Shown in pieces: positions 29,459-39,427 of a DNA stretch of 64,000 nt (positions within the stretch are counted from its first letter, which is position 1; each line of letters starts with the position of its first letter). Origin of the DNA: Candidatus Poseidoniales archaeon (lineage in GTDB: Archaea; Thermoplasmatota; Poseidoniia; Poseidoniales; Thalassarchaeaceae); contig DUAE01000055.1 of assembly GCA_012960975.1 (NCBI GenBank), positions 107,828-171,827 of the forward strand. Direction: 5' to 3'. The position numbers and the translations under genes are program-made. The notes beneath the pieces were generated by a model. That model saw nothing but the letters and a program-made list of their open reading frames with translations. It was not told the DNA's origin and did no database searches.

Positions 29459-30454
29459 ATGATGGCAAATCCACTCGACTTCCAACAAATGAGACACGGT
29501 ACTGCTTTGCTTAAGCGAGGATTTGCAAAAATGCAAGAAGGAGGCGTCATCATGGACGTCGTAAACCCTGAAGAAGCGCATATCGCGGAAGATGCGGGTG
29601 CAGTTTCAGTAATGGCATTGGAACGTGTACCTGCTGATATTCGAGCAGATGGGGGGGTCGCTCGAATGAGCCATCCAGATATGATTAGAGAAATTATCGA
29701 AACCACGAGCATTCCTGTCATGGCCAAGGCACGGATTGGTCATTCAGATGAAGCAAAAGTATTGGAAGCCCTAGGAGTCGACATGGTGGATGAATCTGAA
29801 GTATTGACTCCTGCTGATCCATTCTATCATATTCCCAAAAATGACTTTTCTATTCCATTCGTCTGTGGCTGTACAAATTTAGGAGAAGCGATCAGAAGAG
29901 TTGCAGAAGGAGCTGCTATGATCCGAACAAAAGGAGAAGCTGGTACCGGAAATGTAGTCAGTGCAATTCAACATGCAAGAGTAGTTGCTGAAGAAATTAA
30001 TCTTGCACAAACAACTGATGCATCAGGAAGGGAAAAAATGATTAATCAAATAATGAAAGGTTTCTCCCAAAGATTAGAATCTGCTTCAGAATTCGGTTTT
30101 ACTGTGAAAAATACTCCTTTTGGTTCAATGGATGATTTACGAAATGAAGCCTCATTAATCCTTGAAGAAGTAGCATCTATTGGAAGGTTACCAGTCGTTA
30201 CATTCTCGGCTGGAGGAATAGCCACTCCAGCTGATGCTGCACTATTAATGAATCAAGGAATGGATGGCATATTTGTAGGATCTGGCATTTTTAAATCATC
30301 CAATCCAGTAGTAACTGCGGAAGCAATAGTATTGGCAACTCATCATTATGAAGATGCGACTGTTGTCGCCGAAGCTTCGGCAATGATGGGAGATGCTATG
30401 CCTGGTTTAGAAATTGAAAGCTTAGATGTTCGTTTTGAAGAACGTGGATTGTAA
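29459..30454 (+). CDS. pdxS: Pyridoxal 5'-phosphate synthase subunit PdxS
   Basis: [43 protein letters not shown], catalytic-Lys region [26 protein letters not shown]. Confidence 0.9.
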   Translation: MMANPLDFQQMRHGTALLKRGFAKMQEGGVIMDVVNPEEAHIAEDAGAVSVMALERVPADIRADGGVARMSHPDMIREIIETTSIPVMAKARIGHSDEAKVLEALGVDMVDESEVLTPADPFYHIPKNDFSIPFVCGCTNLGEAIRRVAEGAAMIRTKGEAGTGNVVSAIQHARVVAEEINLAQTTDASGREKMINQIMKGFSQRLESASEFGFTVKNTPFGSMDDLRNEASLILEEVASIGRLPVVTFSAGGIATPADAALLMNQGMDGIFVGSGIFKSSNPVVTAEAIVLATHHYEDATVVAEASAMMGDAMPGLEIESLDVRFEERGL

Positions 30455-30456
30455 GA

Positions 30457-31503
30457 CTATTTTTTCCCTCGAGCGGTGCCAAATTTTCTTCCACGCTTTT
30501 TATTGAGACCACCATCTTTTGATACAGTTAATTGTTCGTCTGACTCTCTTATTCCACCAATAATCAATGAACCGCTATTCAATAATTGTTCAGTAAGAGA
30601 ATCGGCCATGTCCTCATCTTGATCTGGAGTCCTCAATGCATCTTTAACAGAAAGATTATGATCCCGGATAACTCTTTCACGCTCCTCATTCGCCGCTTTA
30701 ATCTCATCTCGAATTTCATTACATTGGTCAATTATTTCTTTCATGTTTTCATGGACTTCGTTTGCAGCTTCCCGAGAAGTGATATAGGCTGCATGTAGGC
30801 GATCACCCTCTGCTCTCAAAAAATCCCTCTCTTCCAAAATTGGCTTAACATCTTCCCAAATTCCATCTGCTTGCTTGTGGCAATCAATCATAGCCTGATG
30901 CTCTGAATCCGCCTCCGACTTCAAAATAATTATGGAACCATCCATATCATTGAGGTCAATCTTGATAATTTCAAATTCAGCCACGGCTGGTAATAATTCA
31001 TTTCTTCGAGAAATCAAAGATTTTAGTTTTTTTAACAATTTATTTTCGGACTCTAGAGTTAAGCGACCATCGGTCATTATTGTATTTTCAATACGATCGA
31101 TTTCACTAACCGTTTCAGTCAATTGAAGTACGATGGATTTAGAATTCTTTTCATCAGAACGACGACCTTTCTTTTGGTTGATTAATTCTCGAATCTGGTT
31201 TTGAATCTCATCCCTCTTTGCTTTGTGAACTTTCGCTTGATCCCTAATGGTTTTTTGCTCATCTAACCGAGCCTTAATTGATTCACGCAATTCTTTTCCT
31301 TGTTCCTGAATTGCATTCCGAGAATCTGCAGCTCGTCGAGCATCTTCATTGTGACCATTGCGCTGATCACGCATACGGCGCATGCGTGTTTCCATAGCAT
31401 GTAGACGAGTTCTCAAATCGTCATCGGGCTTCTCAACATCTTCAGGCACAACTCGCCGAGAAGGGATCCCTTCTTCAATGAAACTACTTGAATCAGAGCC
31501 CAA
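30457..31503 (-). CDS. Coiled-coil protein A (archaeal COG1340-like), basic C-terminal tail
   Basis: 348 aa, Glu/Lys/Arg/Asp-rich heptad-like sequence. Central IDRIENTIMTDGRLTLESENKLLKKLKSL element; His-containing second half (EHQAMIDCHKQAD...EVHENMKE); tail KKRGRKFGTARGKK. Overlaps the upstream gene by 11 nt. Confidence 0.6.
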   Translation of the reverse strand: MGSDSSSFIEEGIPSRRVVPEDVEKPDDDLRTRLHAMETRMRRMRDQRNGHNEDARRAADSRNAIQEQGKELRESIKARLDEQKTIRDQAKVHKAKRDEIQNQIRELINQKKGRRSDEKNSKSIVLQLTETVSEIDRIENTIMTDGRLTLESENKLLKKLKSLISRRNELLPAVAEFEIIKIDLNDMDGSIIILKSEADSEHQAMIDCHKQADGIWEDVKPILEERDFLRAEGDRLHAAYITSREAANEVHENMKEIIDQCNEIRDEIKAANEERERVIRDHNLSVKDALRTPDQDEDMADSLTEQLLNSGSLIIGGIRESDEQLTVSKDGGLNKKRGRKFGTARGKK

Positions 31504-33061
31504 TTAGTGAAGTGAAAAATGGTAATATCGGTGAAAGAACAACAATGGCTGCACCTGCTAAAAATAAGCCACCAACTGTCAGTCGTAGCCTAGTAAACAT
31601 GTCCGGCCGATTTTGTACTGTTAATACTCGGCCAGAGATTAAATTCCCATAAATGTCTTCAAGACGTACAGAGACTGTTGCTTCTCCAGTATGGGCTGGC
31701 AAAAGACTCTGCCAAATTATATCTGTGGATTTTAGCGCATCTGGTAGTTGTTGAATGATCGAAAGGTTGCTTTTTCCGATTTTTGAAGGTTCGTACGGAT
31801 CAATCCGAAGGTTGTAAACACATTCATTAGGACGGAAATCAGGAGTTTGAACTCGTAGAATTAAATCGACAGAAGAGTCTCCTTGATTTAGAATGAAAGC
31901 GAACAAATTTGCTCGGCCAACAACTAAATTTTCCATGTCAACATCAAACCAAATATTTCTCGAATGCCCCTTTTCTAAATGCATTCTCATTCGGTCATGC
32001 AATCTAAAAAAAGACGCGCAACGGTTTCTAGCACGTATCAATAATCTATCCCACGTCTCTTCACCTAATTCTGGGTGATTGAATAATTCATCAATAATTT
32101 GAATCGGCATTAATAATTCCAATGAACTCCTAAATTCATTTTCGTTCATCAATCCCGCTCTCCGAATATGCAATAAATGTAACAAACCTTCTTGTAAATT
32201 TGTCATACTTCTACCGTCATCAATATTTTTCTGAACAAGCCGGAGATAATCAGAAATTTTCACTGCAAGGAGTGGATCTACATGCGCTCTAATTACATCA
32301 CTAAATGGCCGACGCAAAAGAGCAGGGTGAACTGGGGGGGAGAATGCATCGAGCATCCCCCAAGGTTCTGATGCGTTGAATCGGGAACGATTAGATACCA
32401 TATGAACACCATGACCCGACAACAACGCCCCCGTTGAAAGTGCCAAGAGAATAGGTATCCCCCTTGTAAAATCAGAAAATTGTAAACTGAGCAGTAGGAA
32501 TATTCCGGACAAAAACATCAGAAGAGTTGTAGCTCCAACCTGGCGAATTGATCCTTCAATAGTTTCTTTCATCTCTGCATATCCATGAGCACTTTTGAAA
32601 GTAAATCCAGATGTAGTCAATCGCTCTGATTGAAGATGAAATATTTTTCTTGTGAGAATTAATAGCCTAAATAATACGATTAATAATCCAATATCTGCAA
32701 CCAAAATAAAAAGAGCTAAGATGTAAAATCCACGATTTACATTAACCTCTCCAATCAACGGTTGAGCATTTTCCACCCACCAATTTGGTGCTGAATTAGT
32801 GAATGATTGTGCAAGCCCAAATAGTAATATCACCAGCATTGGCAAAACGGAAACAAATCTTGTTCCTCGACTAATAAAAAGTCGATCAATACGAACTAAT
32901 ATGGACTCATATGATTGATATTTAGTTATCATGTCAGATTTGTGTGGGTATCTATGAATTGGATCATCTCTATTCACGGTAGAATCTAAAATAGGTGCTG
33001 AAGGAGGGGGGGTTTCTTTTGAGTTGTTATTTTCGTTCAAAATGTCATTGAATTCTTTCAT
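31493..33061 (-). CDS. Membrane protein, 522 aa (hypothetical)
   Basis: About 4 TM helices in the first half, a hydrophilic domain of about 270 aa and a C-terminal TM (VGGLFLAGAAIVVLSPILPFF). In an operon between the DtxR-like gene and coiled-coil A. Confidence 0.5.
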   Translation of the reverse strand: MKEFNDILNENNNSKETPPPSAPILDSTVNRDDPIHRYPHKSDMITKYQSYESILVRIDRLFISRGTRFVSVLPMLVILLFGLAQSFTNSAPNWWVENAQPLIGEVNVNRGFYILALFILVADIGLLIVLFRLLILTRKIFHLQSERLTTSGFTFKSAHGYAEMKETIEGSIRQVGATTLLMFLSGIFLLLSLQFSDFTRGIPILLALSTGALLSGHGVHMVSNRSRFNASEPWGMLDAFSPPVHPALLRRPFSDVIRAHVDPLLAVKISDYLRLVQKNIDDGRSMTNLQEGLLHLLHIRRAGLMNENEFRSSLELLMPIQIIDELFNHPELGEETWDRLLIRARNRCASFFRLHDRMRMHLEKGHSRNIWFDVDMENLVVGRANLFAFILNQGDSSVDLILRVQTPDFRPNECVYNLRIDPYEPSKIGKSNLSIIQQLPDALKSTDIIWQSLLPAHTGEATVSVRLEDIYGNLISGRVLTVQNRPDMFTRLRLTVGGLFLAGAAIVVLSPILPFFTSLIGL

Positions 33062-33070
33062 TATTTCACC

Positions 33071-33718
33071 TCAAATTATTCGAGCAAGGATACGGAAACC
33101 TATTTTCTCTGAAAATTGAAAAGTTTTTTCTCCAATAAAATATTCATTATTTGAATGAATTATTTTTTGACCTATTTCTATACCTAAATCATTAATGGTT
33201 CGATTTTCAACACCACTAAGCAAAATTACCTCAATTATCGCAGAAGTATCAGGCGGTAATGTTTGGATGGGAATAAGCATACCGCTACCCACAATTGTGG
33301 GTTGTCGATTGATTAAAGGAATTTTTTCACCGTCTAAACGAAGTTCGGGGAAGCCCAACAATTCTTCTAATCGTGATTCCAATTCATCATTTACTACGTG
33401 TTCCATCTTACAGGACATCTCGTCAATATCTCCTTGAAAACCAATAATATCTCGCAATAATATTTGTAGAAGAGATTCTCGACGTTTGATTTTTGCAGCA
33501 TGATGGAATCCTTCAGAAGTTAATCTCGAACCACGGTATGGAATGTGCGTGACAAGTCCCCTCCTGGCAAGACGTTGTATCATTTCAGTTGTCGACGCAG
33601 GGCTGACGTTCATCATCTCCGCTAATTGAGTTGTCTTGACTATTTCATCAGGTTGTTCGAAGTGTGCTTCAAAAATCCGTTTGAGATACATCTCTTCGTA
33701 TTCACTTAATTCACTCAT
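33071..33718 (-). CDS. DtxR/MntR-family metal-dependent transcriptional regulator with an FeoA/SH3-like C-terminal domain
   Basis: SEYEEMYLKRIFE..., wHTH TTQLAEMMNVSPASTTEMIQRLARRGLV, dimerisation/metal region TSEGFHHAAKIKRRESLLQILL...MEHV, then a small C-terminal beta-domain. Confidence 0.75.
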   Translation of the reverse strand: MSELSEYEEMYLKRIFEAHFEQPDEIVKTTQLAEMMNVSPASTTEMIQRLARRGLVTHIPYRGSRLTSEGFHHAAKIKRRESLLQILLRDIIGFQGDIDEMSCKMEHVVNDELESRLEELLGFPELRLDGEKIPLINRQPTIVGSGMLIPIQTLPPDTSAIIEVILLSGVENRTINDLGIEIGQKIIHSNNEYFIGEKTFQFSEKIGFRILARII

Positions 33719-33723
33719 TCAAA

Positions 33724-35616
33724 TCACCCAATCTCTGAAATAAATTCTGAACGGCAGGCAGGACATCGAGATCTAATCGGGCGTTTAGCAATTGGAACAC
33801 GTAATACTTGGTCACATGTTGGACAGGATAGGAGATCATCCATTGATTGAGAAGTGAGATTCTGTTCTGGTTCAAAATTATTCGACAATTGATTCTCTAA
33901 GTTTACTGAATCATTCAAAACCTTCGTTTGGAAATTATTAACGGAAAATTGTTGAGTACACGCTGGACATTTTACATCACCTTCATGAGTTGATGGAATG
34001 TTCAACCTCTGATTACAACCAGGGCATTGAATTTCTTTTTTAGAATCAATTTGGTTTCGTCGTGAAATTCTAGTTTCCGATAAGCGTTTTGATTTAGCAT
34101 CAGTTGTAGAAGGAGTTCGTTGAGAAACTGCTCGATAAACAACAGCACTAGCCATTACCAGAGACAAACCCGATAATGCTCCAAAAACAGCAGCAGCCAT
34201 ATTGAATGGTAGAACTATACCTGTATCGATTTTTTCTTCAGCGATAATAGATATTTGCTCCGAAGTCACTAAACCTTCCATCAGCCAAATTATTTCTATA
34301 TCGACGGTTTGAGAATAGCTCCACGAAGGAATTGACAGTGAACTAGAAAATGAACCACCTGGTCCTACCGGCGAAACATTTTGTTCAGCGAGGATTAAGT
34401 TATCTGCGACATTTACTATTCGAATAATTCCAATTTGTGAAGATTCGGTGCCAGAATTATTTAACCAATAATTAATTGAAATGGGTTCTGATAATTTGGC
34501 TTGAGATGGAATAATATCTCCTATTTCAACGGTTGTTAATATAGCAGGGGGGTGCAATTCAAGAATTAAAATTGCATCGCCATCAGATGCAAACCATCCA
34601 TTTGCCGAACCAATTATCTGTAACCGATCCCCATCAGGGTGACCTAGAATTACTGAAATCATCCTTATTCCAGGAGACATTTCAAGGTTTAATGACTGGA
34701 TTTCAGTGTATTCATTATTGTTTTTTAATTGAATTGAAACATCAATCTCTCTTTCTTTTCCATCACCCATCAACAACTCAAAATTAATAATCAATCCATC
34801 ATCATTAGTCCAATCCATGTCCACTAATTGGATAGAAATTTGTTGTGCTTCTAAAATCACTAGATCCATGGTTCCATTCAAGTTGACTGAAACTCCACCT
34901 GTTGGTGAAATTATTCTCCAATCAATAGACTGTTGTCCATCTTGTCCAATCAAAAATGTAGTAATCACCTCCCTGCTTGAACCTGGAATAATATATACCG
35001 AATCGCCAATTGAGATAATATTTCCATCCGGTTTGTAAAGACCCAATTCAACTTCACCACCATATTCACCATTATTATGAACAAGAATAGATGCAACTAA
35101 CTCATCTCCGACATGTGCGGGTTGACCGATGATAGCAACATCAGGAGTTCCTGCTGCAGTGAAATTGATGGGGTTAGGGCCAATTCTCAACTCAAGTATT
35201 TCAAACACGTCTGAATTAATAAGTTCAAGTTTACACAAAAGGTTTCCTTCGTACACCGGTCCAAATTGAATCTCGATTATAGAATAATCATCTTCATTCA
35301 ATATTCCACTATTACCACCGTACCATTGGCCATTAAATCCAAAACTGAATTGCCAAGACTCATTCCCAACTGAAATCTGAGATAGTTCGATACTCAATCG
35401 AACAATATCTCCAGAAGAAATTGTAGAGTTTTCATTATCTAACCCTGTCGAACCGTCTACAATCCTTACATCCCAAAGAGATGATTCTTCTATAGAATAA
35501 TTACCGACCTCTGCATGGGTCTCAGTAACAAAAATTAATATTATCAACAATACTATTGATGAACGAGAGATAGAAGTCAAACTCTCACCGATACTCATCA
35601 ATACTCGTCGAATCAA
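33724..35616 (-). CDS. Single-pass surface protein: CARDB-like extracellular repeats, TM, cytoplasmic tail with two MJ0042-type zinc ribbons
   Basis: Signal/TM at the N-terminus. LVHNNGEYGGEVELGLYKPDGN and WLNNSGTESSQIGIIRIV resemble CARDB repeats. TM AAAVFGALSGLSLVMASAVVY. Then CPGCNQRLNIP...VKCPACTQQFSV and CPTCDQVLRVP...SRCPACRSEF. Confidence 0.6.
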   Translation of the reverse strand: MIRRVLMSIGESLTSISRSSIVLLIILIFVTETHAEVGNYSIEESSLWDVRIVDGSTGLDNENSTISSGDIVRLSIELSQISVGNESWQFSFGFNGQWYGGNSGILNEDDYSIIEIQFGPVYEGNLLCKLELINSDVFEILELRIGPNPINFTAAGTPDVAIIGQPAHVGDELVASILVHNNGEYGGEVELGLYKPDGNIISIGDSVYIIPGSSREVITTFLIGQDGQQSIDWRIISPTGGVSVNLNGTMDLVILEAQQISIQLVDMDWTNDDGLIINFELLMGDGKEREIDVSIQLKNNNEYTEIQSLNLEMSPGIRMISVILGHPDGDRLQIIGSANGWFASDGDAILILELHPPAILTTVEIGDIIPSQAKLSEPISINYWLNNSGTESSQIGIIRIVNVADNLILAEQNVSPVGPGGSFSSSLSIPSWSYSQTVDIEIIWLMEGLVTSEQISIIAEEKIDTGIVLPFNMAAAVFGALSGLSLVMASAVVYRAVSQRTPSTTDAKSKRLSETRISRRNQIDSKKEIQCPGCNQRLNIPSTHEGDVKCPACTQQFSVNNFQTKVLNDSVNLENQLSNNFEPEQNLTSQSMDDLLSCPTCDQVLRVPIAKRPIRSRCPACRSEFISEIG

Positions 35617-35692
35617 TTGTCCGTATCAATGAAACCCATGTTCTAAGTCACATAGTGACCTTTATGCACACCATCCAAGTGCCCCGAATCCA

Positions 35693-36577
35693 ATGGATAC
35701 CGATGCACTGCTGTCTGTCTCTCCCACAGATATGGCGAAAGCCTTACTTGCCCGTCGGCAGATGTTGAAAGAGCAATTACCGACAGTAATTCGAACACTA
35801 GAAGCAGAGGAACAATCGTTGGCTCCAAAGGTCGAGCGGGTAGTGAATTCACACCGTGTATCGAATACTAAAGTAAGTGAATTAAAATCAATTAGGAATG
35901 AATCTCAAATCAAGGCAGGAAAGTCACTTAAACAAGTAAAACTCTCACATGAAAAATTGCTTTCATCGGGTGGAATGATAAATTTAGATCCTATGTGGGT
36001 TAAGGAAAAATTACTCGAAGAACTTGAAGAAATAGAAGAAAAAATCCAAACATCTGCACTCGATCACAAAGCTGAAGGAAAACTCATCGACCGCAGAAAA
36101 AAATTGGTTGAAAAGAATGAAAATTGGTTAAAAGAACGTAGAGATTCGAACCCCGAGATGGCAATATACATCGAAGCAAGGAAAAAAATGAGTGAATATT
36201 ACCGGGAAGCAGACAAAACTCACCAGAACATGTTAGCCATGGTAAAAAAGGCTCAACCGCTTCATGAAAAACAGTTATTATTGAAAAATGAACTGCTTGA
36301 GATACGCAGGCAACTCGACCGAGCAAAGGAATTAATGGCTCAATCTGAACGTACTATTTCATACTGGGAAAGAAGATTGAATGATGGATTTGGCGAGTTA
36401 AATACCGGTTTCTCTGATTTATTAATTGCACAACAAAAGGTAGTCTCTGGTGGAAATTCTAGTTTCGCCAGAAAAAAACAGAAGAAGAACAAGAAACCCT
36501 CCCTAGGAAAAAGCGACTCCATTAAAAAATCACCTAAAAAAATTGAAGATAGTTCAAATGGAGGTGAAGAAGAGTGA
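35693..36577 (+). CDS. Coiled-coil protein B (COG1340-like), basic C-terminal tail
   Basis: 294 aa. LEEIEEKIQTSALDHKAEGKLIDRRKKL element plus the second-half ADKTHQNMLAMVKKA. Tail ARKKQKKNKKPSLGK. Its stop overlaps the GTG start of the next gene (GTGA). Confidence 0.6.
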   Translation: MDTDALLSVSPTDMAKALLARRQMLKEQLPTVIRTLEAEEQSLAPKVERVVNSHRVSNTKVSELKSIRNESQIKAGKSLKQVKLSHEKLLSSGGMINLDPMWVKEKLLEELEEIEEKIQTSALDHKAEGKLIDRRKKLVEKNENWLKERRDSNPEMAIYIEARKKMSEYYREADKTHQNMLAMVKKAQPLHEKQLLLKNELLEIRRQLDRAKELMAQSERTISYWERRLNDGFGELNTGFSDLLIAQQKVVSGGNSSFARKKQKKNKKPSLGKSDSIKKSPKKIEDSSNGGEEE

Positions 36578-37536
36578 GTAGCGAAACAAAAGATGGGATG
36601 TTTTCGGACCTTGAAGAATTATCACATACTGAAGTGAAACAACTGGTCAAGGATGCTGATATTCAAGTTCGGTCCCTTGAACAAGAGCATCAAGATATTC
36701 GAGATGAACGAAAAAATCAAATTACTCTTGTAAAATCAATGCGCCTAGCAGTTGGAGATATGGAAGAGGGAAATCTGGAGCGGAAGAAATTGCTTCAACG
36801 ATTTCATTCTGCAAGGAAATCTTTAGAAATTGCGCGAAATCAAAGAGATGCTGTAAATAGAGCAGTTCCCCCTCCGGTTAATATTCTAGAAGAATGGTTG
36901 GGAGAAACTCATCAAAGGTTAGTTACGATAAACAATGATTTGACATCAGTTCCAACGTTAAATCGGGAAATTGAGATGTTCAAACGGTTCTTCGAAATAC
37001 AGGCATCAGTTGTAAGGAAATATGATTCAGAAAAATATCATTCTGAATATGTAAAACATATTGAATCTATAAGGGAAATAACTTCAGAATTGGATAAAAC
37101 TAGAAAACCTAAACCTTCAAAATCAGAGCAATCAGATGTAGAAACGGAAAACAATGTATCTCATTCAGAACTCAGAAAATTAAGTAAACGAATTTCTAAT
37201 ATTGATAAAAAATTAGACTCACTTTACTCAGAGATAAAAGAACAAAAGAAGGAACTTAAACGGCTTCGGTCGTATGTAAATATCACAAGAGGGAGAGGGA
37301 AACCGATTAAAATTGCAGAAGTAAAAAGTCGTGCGCAGAGTGGCGGGTCACTGAATGCTGCTGAACTTGGAGCCCTCCTTAATTCAGGAGGATTAACTGA
37401 ATTAACAAGCGAGGATTCTTCAAAGACATTAAAATCTAAACTAAATAAATCCAATTCAAAACACCCAAGAAAAAAAATTGGAGTTGCCCGCCGAGGAGCT
37501 AGGAGAGGGACTCTAGCTACACGCAGAGATGACTAA
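36574..37536 (+). CDS. Coiled-coil protein C (COG1340-like), Arg-rich C-terminal tail
   Basis: 320 aa. GTG start preceded by GGAGGTGA. Heptad-rich sequence; tail HPRKKIGVARRGARRGTLATRRDD. Confidence 0.6.
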   Translation: MSSETKDGMFSDLEELSHTEVKQLVKDADIQVRSLEQEHQDIRDERKNQITLVKSMRLAVGDMEEGNLERKKLLQRFHSARKSLEIARNQRDAVNRAVPPPVNILEEWLGETHQRLVTINNDLTSVPTLNREIEMFKRFFEIQASVVRKYDSEKYHSEYVKHIESIREITSELDKTRKPKPSKSEQSDVETENNVSHSELRKLSKRISNIDKKLDSLYSEIKEQKKELKRLRSYVNITRGRGKPIKIAEVKSRAQSGGSLNAAELGALLNSGGLTELTSEDSSKTLKSKLNKSNSKHPRKKIGVARRGARRGTLATRRDD

Positions 37537-37618
37537 ACGCTAGGACGAAAACGCCGCACTGCTACTATGGTATTATATGCAACATGAATGCGCCGAGAAT
37601 ACAGGAGAGGAGTGTTTG

Positions 37619-38488
37619 ATGGATTACGCAGAAGTTCGAAGCACCCTTATTCCGAAGAATGAATCATTAGATGAAAAATTAAATTTATTCAGAAGCGATA
37701 GAGACGAATGGAATTCCAGAGTGAAGAAATATTTGATTGAAAGAAACGATATTAATCGACAAGTGAAGGAATTAATTTCAGAAGTCCAAAAGCAGAAACT
37801 GGTTAGAGACGAAGCAAATTCTAGCGTTAAAGAATTAAAAATCATAAGGGCAGAACATTCTGAGAAACTTAAAGCATTACGCGCAGAATTAAAAGAAAAA
37901 AAACCTGATGAAAAAGAAAAGTTCGAATCTAAGAAGGAACAGAAAAGATCTGAAAGACAGATTAGTACTGACATTGAGAGGTTAGATAACAAATATCAAA
38001 GAGGAGCTTTTCAGGATAACGAAAAGAAATTCGAACGTAGTATGAAAAAATTATATCAAGAATTAAAAGCTGTCAAAGCTATTAAAATGTTGAACAAATT
38101 CGCAGGATTAGAAGCAGACATTCGTGCTGCTTCTTCACTGCAAGAAAATTCCCATAAGACCGTTGAAAAAGCTGTCGGTACGGCTCAAGAAGCTCATGAT
38201 CTAATGATCGAGTTATCCGAAGAGGTAGATCGTTTGAGAGAAATAGCAAATACTGCCCAGGAAGGAGTAATTCGCTCAAAAAGAGAGGCCGATTCATTGC
38301 ATAGGAAATATATTGTATCACTTCGAAGTATTCATTCAATTCAAGATTTGTTAAAGGCAATGAACACGCAAGAACGTGAGAGTGAAGAAGATGGGAACGA
38401 AAAGTTAGAGATCAATGATTTGATGACTAGATTGATGGCGGGTGACACACTTTCCACTGAAGAATTGATGGCTTTACAACGAAATTGA
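37619..38488 (+). CDS. Coiled-coil protein D (COG1340-like)
   Basis: The ATG at 37619 is preceded by GGAGAGGAGTG; the track ORF opens at 37577. Contains the IERLDNKYQRGAFQDNEKKFERSMKKL element and AQEAHDLMIELSEEVDRL. No basic tail. Confidence 0.6.
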   Translation: MDYAEVRSTLIPKNESLDEKLNLFRSDRDEWNSRVKKYLIERNDINRQVKELISEVQKQKLVRDEANSSVKELKIIRAEHSEKLKALRAELKEKKPDEKEKFESKKEQKRSERQISTDIERLDNKYQRGAFQDNEKKFERSMKKLYQELKAVKAIKMLNKFAGLEADIRAASSLQENSHKTVEKAVGTAQEAHDLMIELSEEVDRLREIANTAQEGVIRSKREADSLHRKYIVSLRSIHSIQDLLKAMNTQERESEEDGNEKLEINDLMTRLMAGDTLSTEELMALQRN

Positions 38489-39427
38489 TCACTTATTATC
38501 GTATAATTTTCCATTCCGGCCATGTAGGATTTGTTCATCTCCGCCTTCAAATTGTAAATTCCAGCCAGGAATTAGTAAGATAGAGCTAGACATTGAAATT
38601 GTATCTAAATCTGCTCTCCACCATTCGAGTAACATACTTTTTACTTTGGATGATGATTCAGAACCTTTCTGAATCCTTCTTGTATCTAGTAAAGGTTTGA
38701 GATTTTTAAATAATTTTTCATTAGATAACCAAGAATTACTAGATTTTATTTTCCTTAAATTTAGATATGATTCAAGAACCTCGTCATTAGAAAACTCACC
38801 AGTTGATTCGGACCAAGGGTCTTCGATTATTTGCCAATTCTTGGATTCCATTTCCCCACTAGGGCCAACTAAACTTCCAGAGATGCTCCATAATTTACAT
38901 TCCAAAACAATTGGAATGGTATTCACGGTTGCCCAACCTCTGTTATCAAGCCAAGATTCTAAATCTACAATTGGGCGCAGAAAAATAGTCTCAACGTCTT
39001 GATTATAGATTGATTTAAAATAATTCTGAGTAGTCACATCATCTGTTTTTGTATTAAGAATTGACTCTATATCGCCATTCAATACCGCTTTACCAATCCA
39101 CGAAGAAAACAGAGGGGAATCCCAAAATTGAATGTTATCTAATTTAGACAAAAGCAGTTCCGATTGAGATGTCAAATTTCGTTCACTAAGGAACCAATGA
39201 TTTCCTTGGGGAGCATCCACTAACCATCTCTCGATTTCATTCACATCAATGGGCAAAATCCCCTTTGGGATATACCAAACAAATATTTTATAATCTTCAG
39301 AGAAATGAACTTCGGGTAATGCAAAGATTGAGCCAATGCACTTAAAATCAAAAGGAGTGAAATTCATTTCCTCCGAATTAAGGATGTCACCCCGTGAAGC
39401 GAACAGTGCTCGCACGGTCTCTTCCAT
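38489..39427 (-). CDS. Hypothetical protein, 312 aa
   Basis: Long ORF directly downstream of rpl30e on the same strand. Trp/Ser-rich, with no motif recognised. Confidence 0.45.
   Translation of the reverse strand: MEETVRALFASRGDILNSEEMNFTPFDFKCIGSIFALPEVHFSEDYKIFVWYIPKGILPIDVNEIERWLVDAPQGNHWFLSERNLTSQSELLLSKLDNIQFWDSPLFSSWIGKAVLNGDIESILNTKTDDVTTQNYFKSIYNQDVETIFLRPIVDLESWLDNRGWATVNTIPIVLECKLWSISGSLVGPSGEMESKNWQIIEDPWSESTGEFSNDEVLESYLNLRKIKSSNSWLSNEKLFKNLKPLLDTRRIQKGSESSSKVKSMLLEWWRADLDTISMSSSILLIPGWNLQFEGGDEQILHGRNGKLYDNK

Noticed and set aside
29900-30200. Extra ~35-aa segment in PdxS relative to bacterial enzymes
   Set aside because: An insertion at this position is a known feature of archaeal PdxS proteins, as I recall it. 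It is not novel.
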